From contig JBBFLK010000002.1 of NCBI GenBank assembly GCA_037479115.1, positions 148,040-212,039 of the forward strand: a stretch of 64,000 nucleotides of DNA, read 5' to 3'. How positions within the stretch are numbered: the first letter of the stretch is position 1; every line of letters starts with the position of its first letter. Below, piece after piece: positions 1 through 8,250 of the stretch. The translations under genes were made by a program, and so were the position numbers. The notes under the pieces are model-generated. The model was not told the DNA's origin and ran no database searches. It worked only from the letters and a program-made list of their open reading frames with translations. This DNA comes from Anaerohalosphaeraceae bacterium (lineage in GTDB: Bacteria; Planctomycetota; Phycisphaerae; Sedimentisphaerales; Anaerohalosphaeraceae).

Positions 1-1238
1 AGGACGCCGCAGGCCCAGCTTTCCAGCGGCCCGCTGTCCTCCAGCGGCTCCTTCGCCCAGCATTGTACAAATGCATTCGGCCCCGGTGCGCAGTAGCCGA
101 CGGAAAAATCGTGCCGCCCCCGTTCAGACCAGCACCGAAGAAAAAGGGTCATCTGGCCCATCGTAAAAAAGGTGTTTCTTCGCCAGCCGCCTTCCTCGGA
201 TACGGGCTCCAGAGACAGGCAATCCTCCACCGTAACCCATTTGGCTGTTTCCCAGACGGCCGCCAGCGAACCGGCAAAATGAACAGCCGTCAAGCGGCGA
301 ACCCAGACGTTTTCCGCATTCTCAATCGTAACGACCATCCAGGAATGATTCTCATCCTTGGGATTGGCCCGATTGTATTCCGACACACAGCGGAGATTTT
401 CCACCCCGATATGATGAATCCGTCCGGGCCACTGGTATTTTTGAACGGTGCCTCCGCCCCACCGCTGCTCGAGGGCCGCCGTCAGCGGGGCATCCAGAAC
501 AATCCGCTCCCCCTCGACGGCACGAATCACCCGGTCCCAACGGATATCCCGCGAACCGGCCTTCCAGTCAAACTGACCTTTGAGCCCGCCGCCGAATCGA
601 TTCATTCCGATATGCTCAATCCACTCCCGCGTGCTCGGTCGGGTAATCATCACTGTATCCCCGACGGAAAGCCCCTCCGTATTCTCCAGACGAAGAGAAT
701 ACGAGCCAACCGGAACAATTTCATCCTGAACCCGAACCGCCTGCCCCACGGACCGGTCATTCTTTCCGGCAATCCGAATAAGGGTTCTGCGGTCCGTGCC
801 GGCGGCAATCAGAACCGTGCCGTTCTCGTCCATTCCCTCGCCGCGCAAGACCACCCCGGAAGAGCGAAGAACCAAACCGCCCTGCAGGATATATCGTCCC
901 CGACGCAGGAGTACGGCCCCCCGAAAGCCGTCATTATTCAAAGGCAGCGAAGAAACATACTCTATGGCCGCCTGAATCCGAGCCGTATTATCCCCCTCGA
1001 CGGGCTCAACAACCACCCGTACAGGGATATTAGGAATCGGTTTATCACCCCCCTCATAACCGCAGTGAGAAAAATCCGGAAGCCGGTTGCCCTGCGAATC
1101 GGCACCGTACTGAAGGGTTTCATTCGAATCAATTTTCAGGAAAAAGTCAGGTGCTTGATTCTCTGCTCCGATGGCTGCCCATGACAAAAAAACCATCGGA
1201 AGCAGCAAACCGGCCGCGGCGGGAAAGAAATTCTTCAT
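1..1238 (-). CDS. Secreted right-handed beta-helix (pectate-lyase-fold) protein, N-terminal part only; gene runs off the window start
   Basis: Absent from the ORF track because it has no in-window stop. The reverse complement from ATG at 1238 reads MKNFFPAAAGLLLPMVFLSWAAIGAENQ (signal peptide), then ...GDNTARIQAAIEYVSSLP...GAVLLRRGRYIL..., which is typical of Pectate_lyase_3-type beta-helix enzymes. I checked the frame at two places and found no stops. The listed + ORF 63..1184 is its Arg/Pro-rich shadow. Confidence 0.75.
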   Translation of the reverse strand, partial: MKNFFPAAAGLLLPMVFLSWAAIGAENQAPDFFLKIDSNETLQYGADSQGNRLPDFSHCGYEGGDKPIPNIPVRVVVEPVEGDNTARIQAAIEYVSSLPLNNDGFRGAVLLRRGRYILQGGLVLRSSGVVLRGEGMDENGTVLIAAGTDRRTLIRIAGKNDRSVGQAVRVQDEIVPVGSYSLRLENTEGLSVGDTVMITRPSTREWIEHIGMNRFGGGLKGQFDWKAGSRDIRWDRVIRAVEGERIVLDAPLTAALEQRWGGGTVQKYQWPGRIHHIGVENLRCVSEYNRANPKDENHSWMVVTIENAENVWVRRLTAVHFAGSLAAVWETAKWVTVEDCLSLEPVSEEGGWRRNTFFTMGQMTLFLRCWSERGRHDFSVGYCAPGPNAFVQCWAKEPLEDSGPLESWACGV

Positions 1239-1473
1239 CGAAATCAACCCTTGCTGATTTTTATGAATTTGTCAAAAGCCAACCTGCCTTGTCCGCTTTC
1301 CGTCTGCACCACAAAAAATTTGAAGAAAGACTGCCTGCGGGAAAAAACATCTAAAACGCATTATACTCCGGCATATCTTAGAAATGAACAAGGCAATCTT
1401 GCGCCCCAAAAAAGAGCATTTCGCGCAAAACATCGGTCCCAAAAAACTCATGCTCGATTGTAACAATTAGGTG

Positions 1474-2952
1474 TCAGGTTTTTTTCAGTGCGTCCAATTT
1501 GGCCTGGAGGATTTGGGAAACGATTTTGGGATTGGCCTGTCCGCCGGATTTCTGGATGACCTGGCCCATCAGAAACCCGAGGGCCTTTTTGGCCTTTTTG
1601 CTTTCCTGCACCACATCCTGCACAGCCTGCGGCTGCTCGGCAATCACAGCATCCACCAACGCTTCAATCTGTCCGCTGTCGCTGCTTTGAATCAGATTCC
1701 TCTCTTTGGCAATCGCTTCCGGATCGCCGCCTTCCCGGGCAATCTGCTCAAAAATCTGATTGGCAGCAGTGGCACTGACCAGTCCTTCCTCCGTCATTTT
1801 GGCCAGTTTGGCCAGCGATTCCGGTGTCATGCGAAGCTGGTCAACCCGGACAGATAATTCATTGGCAATCTTGAGTCCTACCTGCGTCAGCAGATTGCAG
1901 ACCCGCTTGGGTTCGGCTCCGAGCCGCACGGTCCGGTCAAAAAACTCCGCCGTTGCGCGTTCGGCCGTGAGCACCCCCGCATCATAGGCGCTCAGCCCGT
2001 ATTGATTTTCAAAGCGCTTCTGCATCTGAAGCGGCAGTTCGCCCAAACGGCCCTCCAATTCCTTCAGCTCTACCGGCGACAGCCGCACCGGCACCAAATC
2101 CGGCTCCGGAAAATACCGATAGTCGTGGGCCTCCTCTTTTTCCCGCTGCAGAACCGTTACCTCCTGCACATCATCCCAGCCGAAGGTCTTCTTGTTGCCC
2201 ATCTGAAGCGTCTGTCCGGTTTCCAGAAACTCCTCATACTGCCGCTGCGCTTCATAGGCAATGCTCTTTTCCAGCGCCCGGAAACTGTTGAGATTCTTGA
2301 CCTCTGTAATCGGCGTTTTGAAAATCTGCCCGTTCCGCCGGATATGCAGATTCACATTCGGCTCAAACCGCATATGCCCTTTCTGCATATCCCCTTCCGA
2401 AACGCCCAGAAAACGGACAATCCGCCGGAGCTCCTCGGCCATCGCCCGCACTTCCGCCGGGCTGTTCATATCCGGCTCCGTAACAATCTCCAAAAGCGGA
2501 GCTCCGGCCCGATTCAGGTCCACCGCCGTATAGCCGCCCAAATCGTGAATATTCTTGCCGGCATCCTCCTCCAGATGCACCCGTCGGATGCGGACTTTTT
2601 TCATTCCGCCGCCTTCCCCCGGAATCTCGATATATCCATCCTTCCCAATCGGCAGGTCGTACTGGCTGATTTGATAATTCTTGGGCAAATCCGGATAGTA
2701 ATAACTCTTGCGGTCCCACTTGGTAAAGGAAGCAATCTGACAATGCAGGGCCATCGCCGTCAGCACGGCATACTCAAAAGCCGTCCTGTTCATCACCGGC
2801 AGCACCCCGGGCATTCCGATGCAGACCGGACAGACCCGCGTATTCGGCGGCTGCCCGTAAGCCAGTTCACAGCCGCAGAACATCTTGGTGCGGGTTGCCA
2901 AATGAACATGAATTTCCAATCCAACGACTATGGTATATTCTTTTTCAGCCAC
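1474..2952 (-). CDS. gatB: Asp-tRNA(Asn)/Glu-tRNA(Gln) amidotransferase subunit B
   Basis: 492 aa. N-terminus is YTIVVGLEIHVHLATRTKMFCGC, with full-length GatB-like sequence and a C-terminal YqeY-like tail. Confidence 0.95.
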   Translation of the reverse strand: MAEKEYTIVVGLEIHVHLATRTKMFCGCELAYGQPPNTRVCPVCIGMPGVLPVMNRTAFEYAVLTAMALHCQIASFTKWDRKSYYYPDLPKNYQISQYDLPIGKDGYIEIPGEGGGMKKVRIRRVHLEEDAGKNIHDLGGYTAVDLNRAGAPLLEIVTEPDMNSPAEVRAMAEELRRIVRFLGVSEGDMQKGHMRFEPNVNLHIRRNGQIFKTPITEVKNLNSFRALEKSIAYEAQRQYEEFLETGQTLQMGNKKTFGWDDVQEVTVLQREKEEAHDYRYFPEPDLVPVRLSPVELKELEGRLGELPLQMQKRFENQYGLSAYDAGVLTAERATAEFFDRTVRLGAEPKRVCNLLTQVGLKIANELSVRVDQLRMTPESLAKLAKMTEEGLVSATAANQIFEQIAREGGDPEAIAKERNLIQSSDSGQIEALVDAVIAEQPQAVQDVVQESKKAKKALGFLMGQVIQKSGGQANPKIVSQILQAKLDALKKT

Positions 2953-2968
2953 GGATATCCACCGAATT

Positions 2969-3349
2969 CTATCTTATAATTCTCTTATACTCCAATCCAT
3001 TCGGGCCGAAGTTCATCAAAAAACCCAGTCTTAACTTCGTCGCCTTTAAATAATTTAAAACCTGGGCAAAATGGGCTTTTGAAAAACCTTCCGCTGTTTT
3101 GATTTCTATGACAATTTTATTTTCAACAAGAATATCAGCAAAATATTCTCCGATTATTTTCTCCTTAAAATAAACAGGAACGGCTTTCTGCTGCTCTGCA
3201 AGAACCCCGTTTTCATGCAAGGCCAATAAAAAAGCGTTTTCATAAACTTTTTCGAGAAATCCATATCCCAAATCGTTATAAACCTCAAAGGCACTTTTTA
3301 GGATTTTGTCCGTTATATCCTTATATAATAATTCCCTCTGAGGATTCAT
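2969..3349 (-). CDS. GxxExxY family protein (PD-(D/E)XK nuclease-like)
   Basis: 126 aa. Contains GFLEKVY (GxxExxY) and ADILVENKIVIEIK, the family hallmarks. The gene is markedly AT-rich compared with its flanks. Confidence 0.8.
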   Translation of the reverse strand: MNPQRELLYKDITDKILKSAFEVYNDLGYGFLEKVYENAFLLALHENGVLAEQQKAVPVYFKEKIIGEYFADILVENKIVIEIKTAEGFSKAHFAQVLNYLKATKLRLGFLMNFGPNGLEYKRIIR

Positions 3350-3366
3350 TTTATTTTTAATCCGTG

Positions 3367-4833
3367 TTAATCCGCGGCCAATGCCGGCATTCGCATATGC
3401 CAGTCGGTCTGCGACTCAAACATCCGGGCGATTCGCAGCAGCATCGACTCTGTAAACGGGGCTGTCACAATCTGAAGTCCGATTGGAAGCCCCTGTCCGT
3501 CCAGGCCGCAGGGAATACTGACGGCCGGCACCCCCGCCAGATTGACGGCAATCGTGTAAATATCCGCCAGATACATCTGAAGCGGGTCGGCTGTCTTCTC
3601 TCCGAATCGGAAAGCGGTCGTGGGACTGACCGGCATCATCAGGCAGTCCGCCTGCTCAAACGCCCGTGTAAAATCATTCCGAATCAGATTCCGCACCTTC
3701 AGGGCCTTCAGATAATACGCATCATAGTAGCCGCTGGAGAGGGCAAAGGTGCCCAGCATAATCCTCCGCTTGACCTCCGGCCCGAGGGCCTCGTCGCGGG
3801 ATTTGGAATAGACCTCGATGTAATCGCCGGCCCGCGGGCTTCGATAGCCGTAATGCACGCCGTCATAGCGGGCCAGATTGCTGGAGGCCTCCGCCGTCGC
3901 AATCACATAATAGGCGCTGATGGCATACTCAAAATGGGGCATCTGAATCGGCACCAGCCGGGCCCCCAGTTTCTGATAAAGCCGCAGGGCCTCTTCAATC
4001 GCCTGCTGCACCTCCGTCTGAATGCCCTCCAGAAAAGACTCGACAACCGCAATTCGAAGTCCCTCCAACGGCGTTTCCAGCCCGGCTGTATAATCCGGGA
4101 CCGGCGCGGTCTGTTCCGAAACACAGGTGCTGTCGCGCGGGTCGTGTCCGGCAATCACATTCATCAGCACGGCCGCATCCTCTACCGTCTGTGTAATCGG
4201 GCCGATTTGGTCCAGACTGGAACCGTAGGCCACCAGGCCGTAGCGGGAAACTCGGCCGTATGTCGGCTTCAGTCCGACCACGCCGCAGAAGCCCGCCGGC
4301 TGCCGGATTGAGCCGCCGGTATCTGACCCGAGAGCCGCCGCACACATCCGAGCCGCCACCGCCGCCGCCGAACCGCCGCTGCTGCCTCCCGGCACACGCG
4401 ACACATCCCACGGATTGCAGGTCTTTTTCAGCCCGGAATTCTCCGTGCTCGAGCCCATCGCAAACTCGTCCATGTTGGTCTTGCCGACAATCACCGCATC
4501 CGCCGCCAGCAGTTTTTCAATCACGTGACCATTGTACGGGCTGGTAAAATGCTCGAGCATTTTGGAAGCGCAGGTGGTCGGGCCGAACGTGGTGCAAAGA
4601 TTGTCTTTGACGGCTACAGGAACCCCCGCCAAAGGCCCCAGCGGCTGTCCGGAAGCCGCCTTCTCATCCACCTTTCGGGCCTGTTCAAGGGCTGTCTCCT
4701 TCAATAGCGTCAGAAAGGCCCCGACCTGCGGTTCAATTTTCTCAATCCGTGCAAAGAACCGCTCCACCGCCTCCCGGCTTTGCAGTTTCCCGGAAGCAAT
4801 CCGGTCCCGTATGGAACGTACAGTCCACTCCAT
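3367..4833 (-). CDS. gatA: Glu-tRNA(Gln) amidotransferase subunit A
   Basis: Amidase signature GGSSGGSAAAVAA. I chose the ATG at 4833 (MEWTVRSIRDR...), which has a TAAGGA Shine-Dalgarno (SD) sequence and sits 2 nt after the upstream stop. The track ORF extends to 4869. Confidence 0.93.
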   Translation of the reverse strand: MEWTVRSIRDRIASGKLQSREAVERFFARIEKIEPQVGAFLTLLKETALEQARKVDEKAASGQPLGPLAGVPVAVKDNLCTTFGPTTCASKMLEHFTSPYNGHVIEKLLAADAVIVGKTNMDEFAMGSSTENSGLKKTCNPWDVSRVPGGSSGGSAAAVAARMCAAALGSDTGGSIRQPAGFCGVVGLKPTYGRVSRYGLVAYGSSLDQIGPITQTVEDAAVLMNVIAGHDPRDSTCVSEQTAPVPDYTAGLETPLEGLRIAVVESFLEGIQTEVQQAIEEALRLYQKLGARLVPIQMPHFEYAISAYYVIATAEASSNLARYDGVHYGYRSPRAGDYIEVYSKSRDEALGPEVKRRIMLGTFALSSGYYDAYYLKALKVRNLIRNDFTRAFEQADCLMMPVSPTTAFRFGEKTADPLQMYLADIYTIAVNLAGVPAVSIPCGLDGQGLPIGLQIVTAPFTESMLLRIARMFESQTDWHMRMPALAAD

Positions 4834-4835
4834 CC

Positions 4836-5579
4836 TTAATCCCGTTCCCTTCGATGCGATAAAAGCCACTGATACAATTCCGGATTGTCGTACGTTTGGG
4901 TCCAGGAATCATGTTCGGCATCCGGATAAATGGTCAATTTTGCCTTCCCGCCGGCCCGATTGACTGCGTCAACCATCTGCTGGGATTCGCTGAGCGGCAC
5001 GACAGGGTCTTTGGCTCCGTGAAAAGCCCAGACAGGCACTTTCTTGAGGTTGGCCGCCGTAAAAGGCCGCCCTCCGCCGCAGATAGGTGCAATCGCCGCA
5101 AACCGTTCCGGCCAGGCGGAGGCAATCGCCCAGGTACCGTAGCCGCCCATGCTCAACCCGGTCAGATACACCCGGTCCGGGTCGATTTTATAACGCTCCA
5201 GCATCTCATCAATCAGAGCCAAAACTTCCCGCCCTAAAACCGGCCACCACTGCCCTTCCGGACACTGGGGGCTGACAATCACAAACGGAAAGTCCCTGCC
5301 CTGTTCAACGAGTTTGGCGGGCCCATGGGCCTTGACGCGGTTCAAATCGCTCCCCCGCTCGCCGGCTCCGTGGAGAAAAACCAGCAGCGGCCAGGAATCC
5401 TTCTGTTCATAGTCCGGCGGCAGATACAGCAGATAATCCAGCGTAAGGGTTACCTTCCGTTCCAGATGCCGGGCTTTTTGACGTTCCTGCTTTTTCTGTG
5501 AGTTCATCGCCTGTTCCTCCGCTGCTGTCAGCAAACCAACGGCCAATGCCGTCAAAACAAAAAAGAGTCTAAATTGCAT
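4836..5579 (-). CDS. Secreted alpha/beta-hydrolase (carboxylesterase/PHB-depolymerase-like esterase)
   Basis: Signal peptide MQFRLFFVLTALAVGLLTA. LVFLHGAGERG, nucleophile elbow GLSMGGYG, and HGAKDPVVP...AEHDSW suggest a catalytic triad. GAGGAG SD. Confidence 0.8.
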   Translation of the reverse strand: MQFRLFFVLTALAVGLLTAAEEQAMNSQKKQERQKARHLERKVTLTLDYLLYLPPDYEQKDSWPLLVFLHGAGERGSDLNRVKAHGPAKLVEQGRDFPFVIVSPQCPEGQWWPVLGREVLALIDEMLERYKIDPDRVYLTGLSMGGYGTWAIASAWPERFAAIAPICGGGRPFTAANLKKVPVWAFHGAKDPVVPLSESQQMVDAVNRAGGKAKLTIYPDAEHDSWTQTYDNPELYQWLLSHRRERD

Positions 5580-5600
5580 CTGTTTTTCTCCTCATTCCGC

Positions 5601-5909
5601 TTATGCACCGGAATTGTCTTCAAGGATTTTGGGGACTTTGAAATATCCATCGCCGGCATCCGGGGCATTGGCCAGGGCCTGCTCATTGCTCAGCGACGGC
5701 TGCACCGTGTCTTCACGGAACACATTGCAGATGGGCAGGCAGTGTGCCAGCGGTTCCACATGCTCCGTATCCAGTTCATTGAGTTTTTCGATGTATTCGA
5801 CGATGGCCGACAGCTGCACGCTGAATTGGGCGATCTCTTCTTCGCTCAATTCCAGCCGAGCCAGCTGGGCCACCCGACGAACCTGCACTGGGTCAATTTT
5901 GGCTGCCAT
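5601..5909 (-). CDS. gatC: Glu-tRNA(Gln) amidotransferase subunit C
   Basis: The ATG at 5909 gives a 102-aa protein, MAAKIDPVQVRRVAQLARLELSEEEI..., typical of GatC. The track ORF 5601..6044 is an N-terminal over-extension. Confidence 0.9.
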   Translation of the reverse strand: MAAKIDPVQVRRVAQLARLELSEEEIAQFSVQLSAIVEYIEKLNELDTEHVEPLAHCLPICNVFREDTVQPSLSNEQALANAPDAGDGYFKVPKILEDNSGA

Positions 5910-5936
5910 AATCCCTATCTCCAATAGAAGAGGGAA

Positions 5937-5965
5937 TTTATAGCAGAAACCGTCCCGGAAGGCAA
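5937..5965 (-). promoter_or_regulatory. Candidate sigma70-type promoter of the gatC operon
   Basis: Minus strand reads TTGCCT (5965-5960), 17 nt, TATAAA (5942-5937), about 28 nt upstream of the gatC ATG. Confidence 0.4.
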
Positions 5966-6006
5966 CCAAAAACTTCCCTGGCAAAAATGAAGGCAATGCC
6001 GGCAGG

Positions 6007-8250
6007 TCAGTTCTTCGGGTCCCCGTAAAGAACCCCTCGCCCATGTGTGCCTACATAGACTCGGCCAAATTGTTTAGGGTCGCCGGTGATTTGCAGAATC
6101 AACCCCCACTGATGCATGTCGTCATTGATTCTCACCCAGGATCGGGCCGTGTCAACCGAGCGGAATATCCCGTAGTGCCCCTTTACAATCCCAACCAGAT
6201 AGAGAACCGGATACTCCCGCTCGCCCATCGCCTTTCCGAAACCGAAGGCACAGATTCGTTCAACCCCTTCTATCTTTTGAAAGGTTTCGCCCCTGTCCGT
6301 CGAATGAAAAAGTCCGTCATAGGCGGCCAGCCATAAATCCCCCTCCCGTTCGGGTACCGCATACAATCGGTCCTGACCGCCCCGCCAATCACCTCGCCAG
6401 CCGCCTCGCCTCGGAAGTCCGCCCGGCAGATTCAGCGGTTTTTCGGTAAACGACGTCCCTCCATTCGTACTGACAAACAGCCTGCCCTCGAACAAATCCA
6501 TCGCATAAAAGATTTGAGGACTGCTTCCATCTGCAATCACCCGCCGGCCGGCAGGCAATCCTTCACACTTCGCCCAGGTTTTTCCCAAATCAACACTCCG
6601 AAAAGCGGCCCTGCGTTCCGGCGTCCAAATCCAGACGGAACCATCTGCGGCAACGGCAATCGAGCCCCCTCGGCTGTCCGGTTCCGGTTTTTCTGCGGGC
6701 TGCCAGGTTCGCCCCCCATCGAGAGAAAACCCGATACTGCTGTTTTGTTCGCCGGCTCCGCTGCCGACCCTGACAATCATCTCCGGCCGCCGCAGAGCAC
6801 AGGCAAGTCCGGTACAGTTGCCGAATCGCGGATGAGCAAAATTGCCTTCCGGCGCCGGTCTGTCCAAATCCCAGTGAACAAACCCGGCATAATCGCCGAT
6901 GGCCGTAATCAGCGGCGCCCCGACAGGAGGACTGAGCAAATCCAGCGTGACCGTCTGTTCAATCCCCCGGCTCATGACAGACCAGTGAACGGGCCTGCCG
7001 GCATCCGCATCCGTCAGATTGAAGGTTTCATAGCCGCCGTAGCCGGTTGTAAACAGAGCATGATTGGGATTTGTCGGGTCAATTTCCACATCAAACATCC
7101 AGTGAATCACGCTGCTTTGCACATAAGGGGCATTCGAATAATCAAACGTTGAATTTCGCAGCAGCATTGTCCAGGTTTTCCCGCCGTCCGTGCTGCGGAA
7201 GATTTCTTCTCCGCTTTCAAACCGGCAGTACGAACTCACCAGCACCCTTTGCGGATTGGAGGCGTCTACGGTCACAGCTGCATATCCGAAGCGCCTCTGC
7301 TCGGTCGGTTTATCCGGCGTAATCTCGGTCCATTCGCCGGTCTTCGTGTTCCACTTCCACACCGCCCCATCGCTCATCCGGCTGGGTCCCGGCGAAGAAC
7401 CATAGGTAATATAAAGCGTTCCATCGGAGGCCAAAGCCGCGTGTGTCGGACGGTATTGTGTCGGCTGTCCGTCAATCGCCCGCCAGGTTTGCCCGCCGTC
7501 AGCCGTACGAAACAGGTTTTCTTGTCCCATTCTCGACGCACCGACATAAATCACAGAACACCCTTTCCCGACAGAACCGCCGGCGGGGTCAAACAGGACA
7601 AAAATAATTCCGGGATTCTGCGGACGTGCGCCTGGCCGCCTTTCTCCGGTCCCCGGAGTGGATTCTTCCGAAAGCGCCGGAAACGACTCGACCTTTCTCC
7701 ACGTACCGCCGTAATCTTCACTTTTCCACAGCCCGTCATACCGGCTTCCCAAAAACAAAATGCGACCGTTATAAGGGTCCACAGCGAGCCGCTCGCCGCT
7801 GCCCCGCCCGTCTTCATTGGCCCCCAGTTTGAAGGGCAAATCCGTTCGTTCAAACGTCTGCCCCCTGTCTTTTGAGCGCAAAACGGCACCATTCGGATTG
7901 GTCGGCGACGTATAGGTCCCGCAGGCCAGATAAAGCCGATTCGGGTCCGCAGGGTCTAAGGCAAGCCCATCCACTCCCATCAGGTTGACATCATCCAGCG
8001 ACACCCAATCCAAGAGCGGCTGCCATTTCTTGTTCTGCGGACTCCAGCGGTACGCACCGCCCATATCCGTCCGTGCATAAGAGAGTCCCGGCACAGTCGG
8101 ATGAAAAACAAAACCCGTCACAAAACCGCCGCCGACAATCTGTACCGGCTTCCAGTCATACGGTTCGGACGGAAGAATTTCCTGAGCCCCTAAACACAGC
8201 ACCGAACATACCCAAACAGCAAATCCGCCTGTTCTGATAAGAGGTCTCAT
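6007..8250 (-). CDS. GH74 xyloglucanase-like glycoside hydrolase (BNR/Asp-box beta-propellers)
   Basis: 747 aa with a signal peptide. YDWKPVQIVGGGFVTGFVFHP...RTDMGGAYRW and repeated S.DGG.TW Asp-box motifs are characteristic of GH74. Confidence 0.85.
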   Translation of the reverse strand: MRPLIRTGGFAVWVCSVLCLGAQEILPSEPYDWKPVQIVGGGFVTGFVFHPTVPGLSYARTDMGGAYRWSPQNKKWQPLLDWVSLDDVNLMGVDGLALDPADPNRLYLACGTYTSPTNPNGAVLRSKDRGQTFERTDLPFKLGANEDGRGSGERLAVDPYNGRILFLGSRYDGLWKSEDYGGTWRKVESFPALSEESTPGTGERRPGARPQNPGIIFVLFDPAGGSVGKGCSVIYVGASRMGQENLFRTADGGQTWRAIDGQPTQYRPTHAALASDGTLYITYGSSPGPSRMSDGAVWKWNTKTGEWTEITPDKPTEQRRFGYAAVTVDASNPQRVLVSSYCRFESGEEIFRSTDGGKTWTMLLRNSTFDYSNAPYVQSSVIHWMFDVEIDPTNPNHALFTTGYGGYETFNLTDADAGRPVHWSVMSRGIEQTVTLDLLSPPVGAPLITAIGDYAGFVHWDLDRPAPEGNFAHPRFGNCTGLACALRRPEMIVRVGSGAGEQNSSIGFSLDGGRTWQPAEKPEPDSRGGSIAVAADGSVWIWTPERRAAFRSVDLGKTWAKCEGLPAGRRVIADGSSPQIFYAMDLFEGRLFVSTNGGTSFTEKPLNLPGGLPRRGGWRGDWRGGQDRLYAVPEREGDLWLAAYDGLFHSTDRGETFQKIEGVERICAFGFGKAMGEREYPVLYLVGIVKGHYGIFRSVDTARSWVRINDDMHQWGLILQITGDPKQFGRVYVGTHGRGVLYGDPKN

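Noticed and set aside
63-1184. 373-aa + strand ORF (MYKCIRPRCAVADGK...)
   Set aside because: Arg/Pro-rich and low in information content. It lies exactly antisense to a convincing minus-strand beta-helix gene that has a signal peptide and starts at 1238. This is a typical high-GC shadow ORF.
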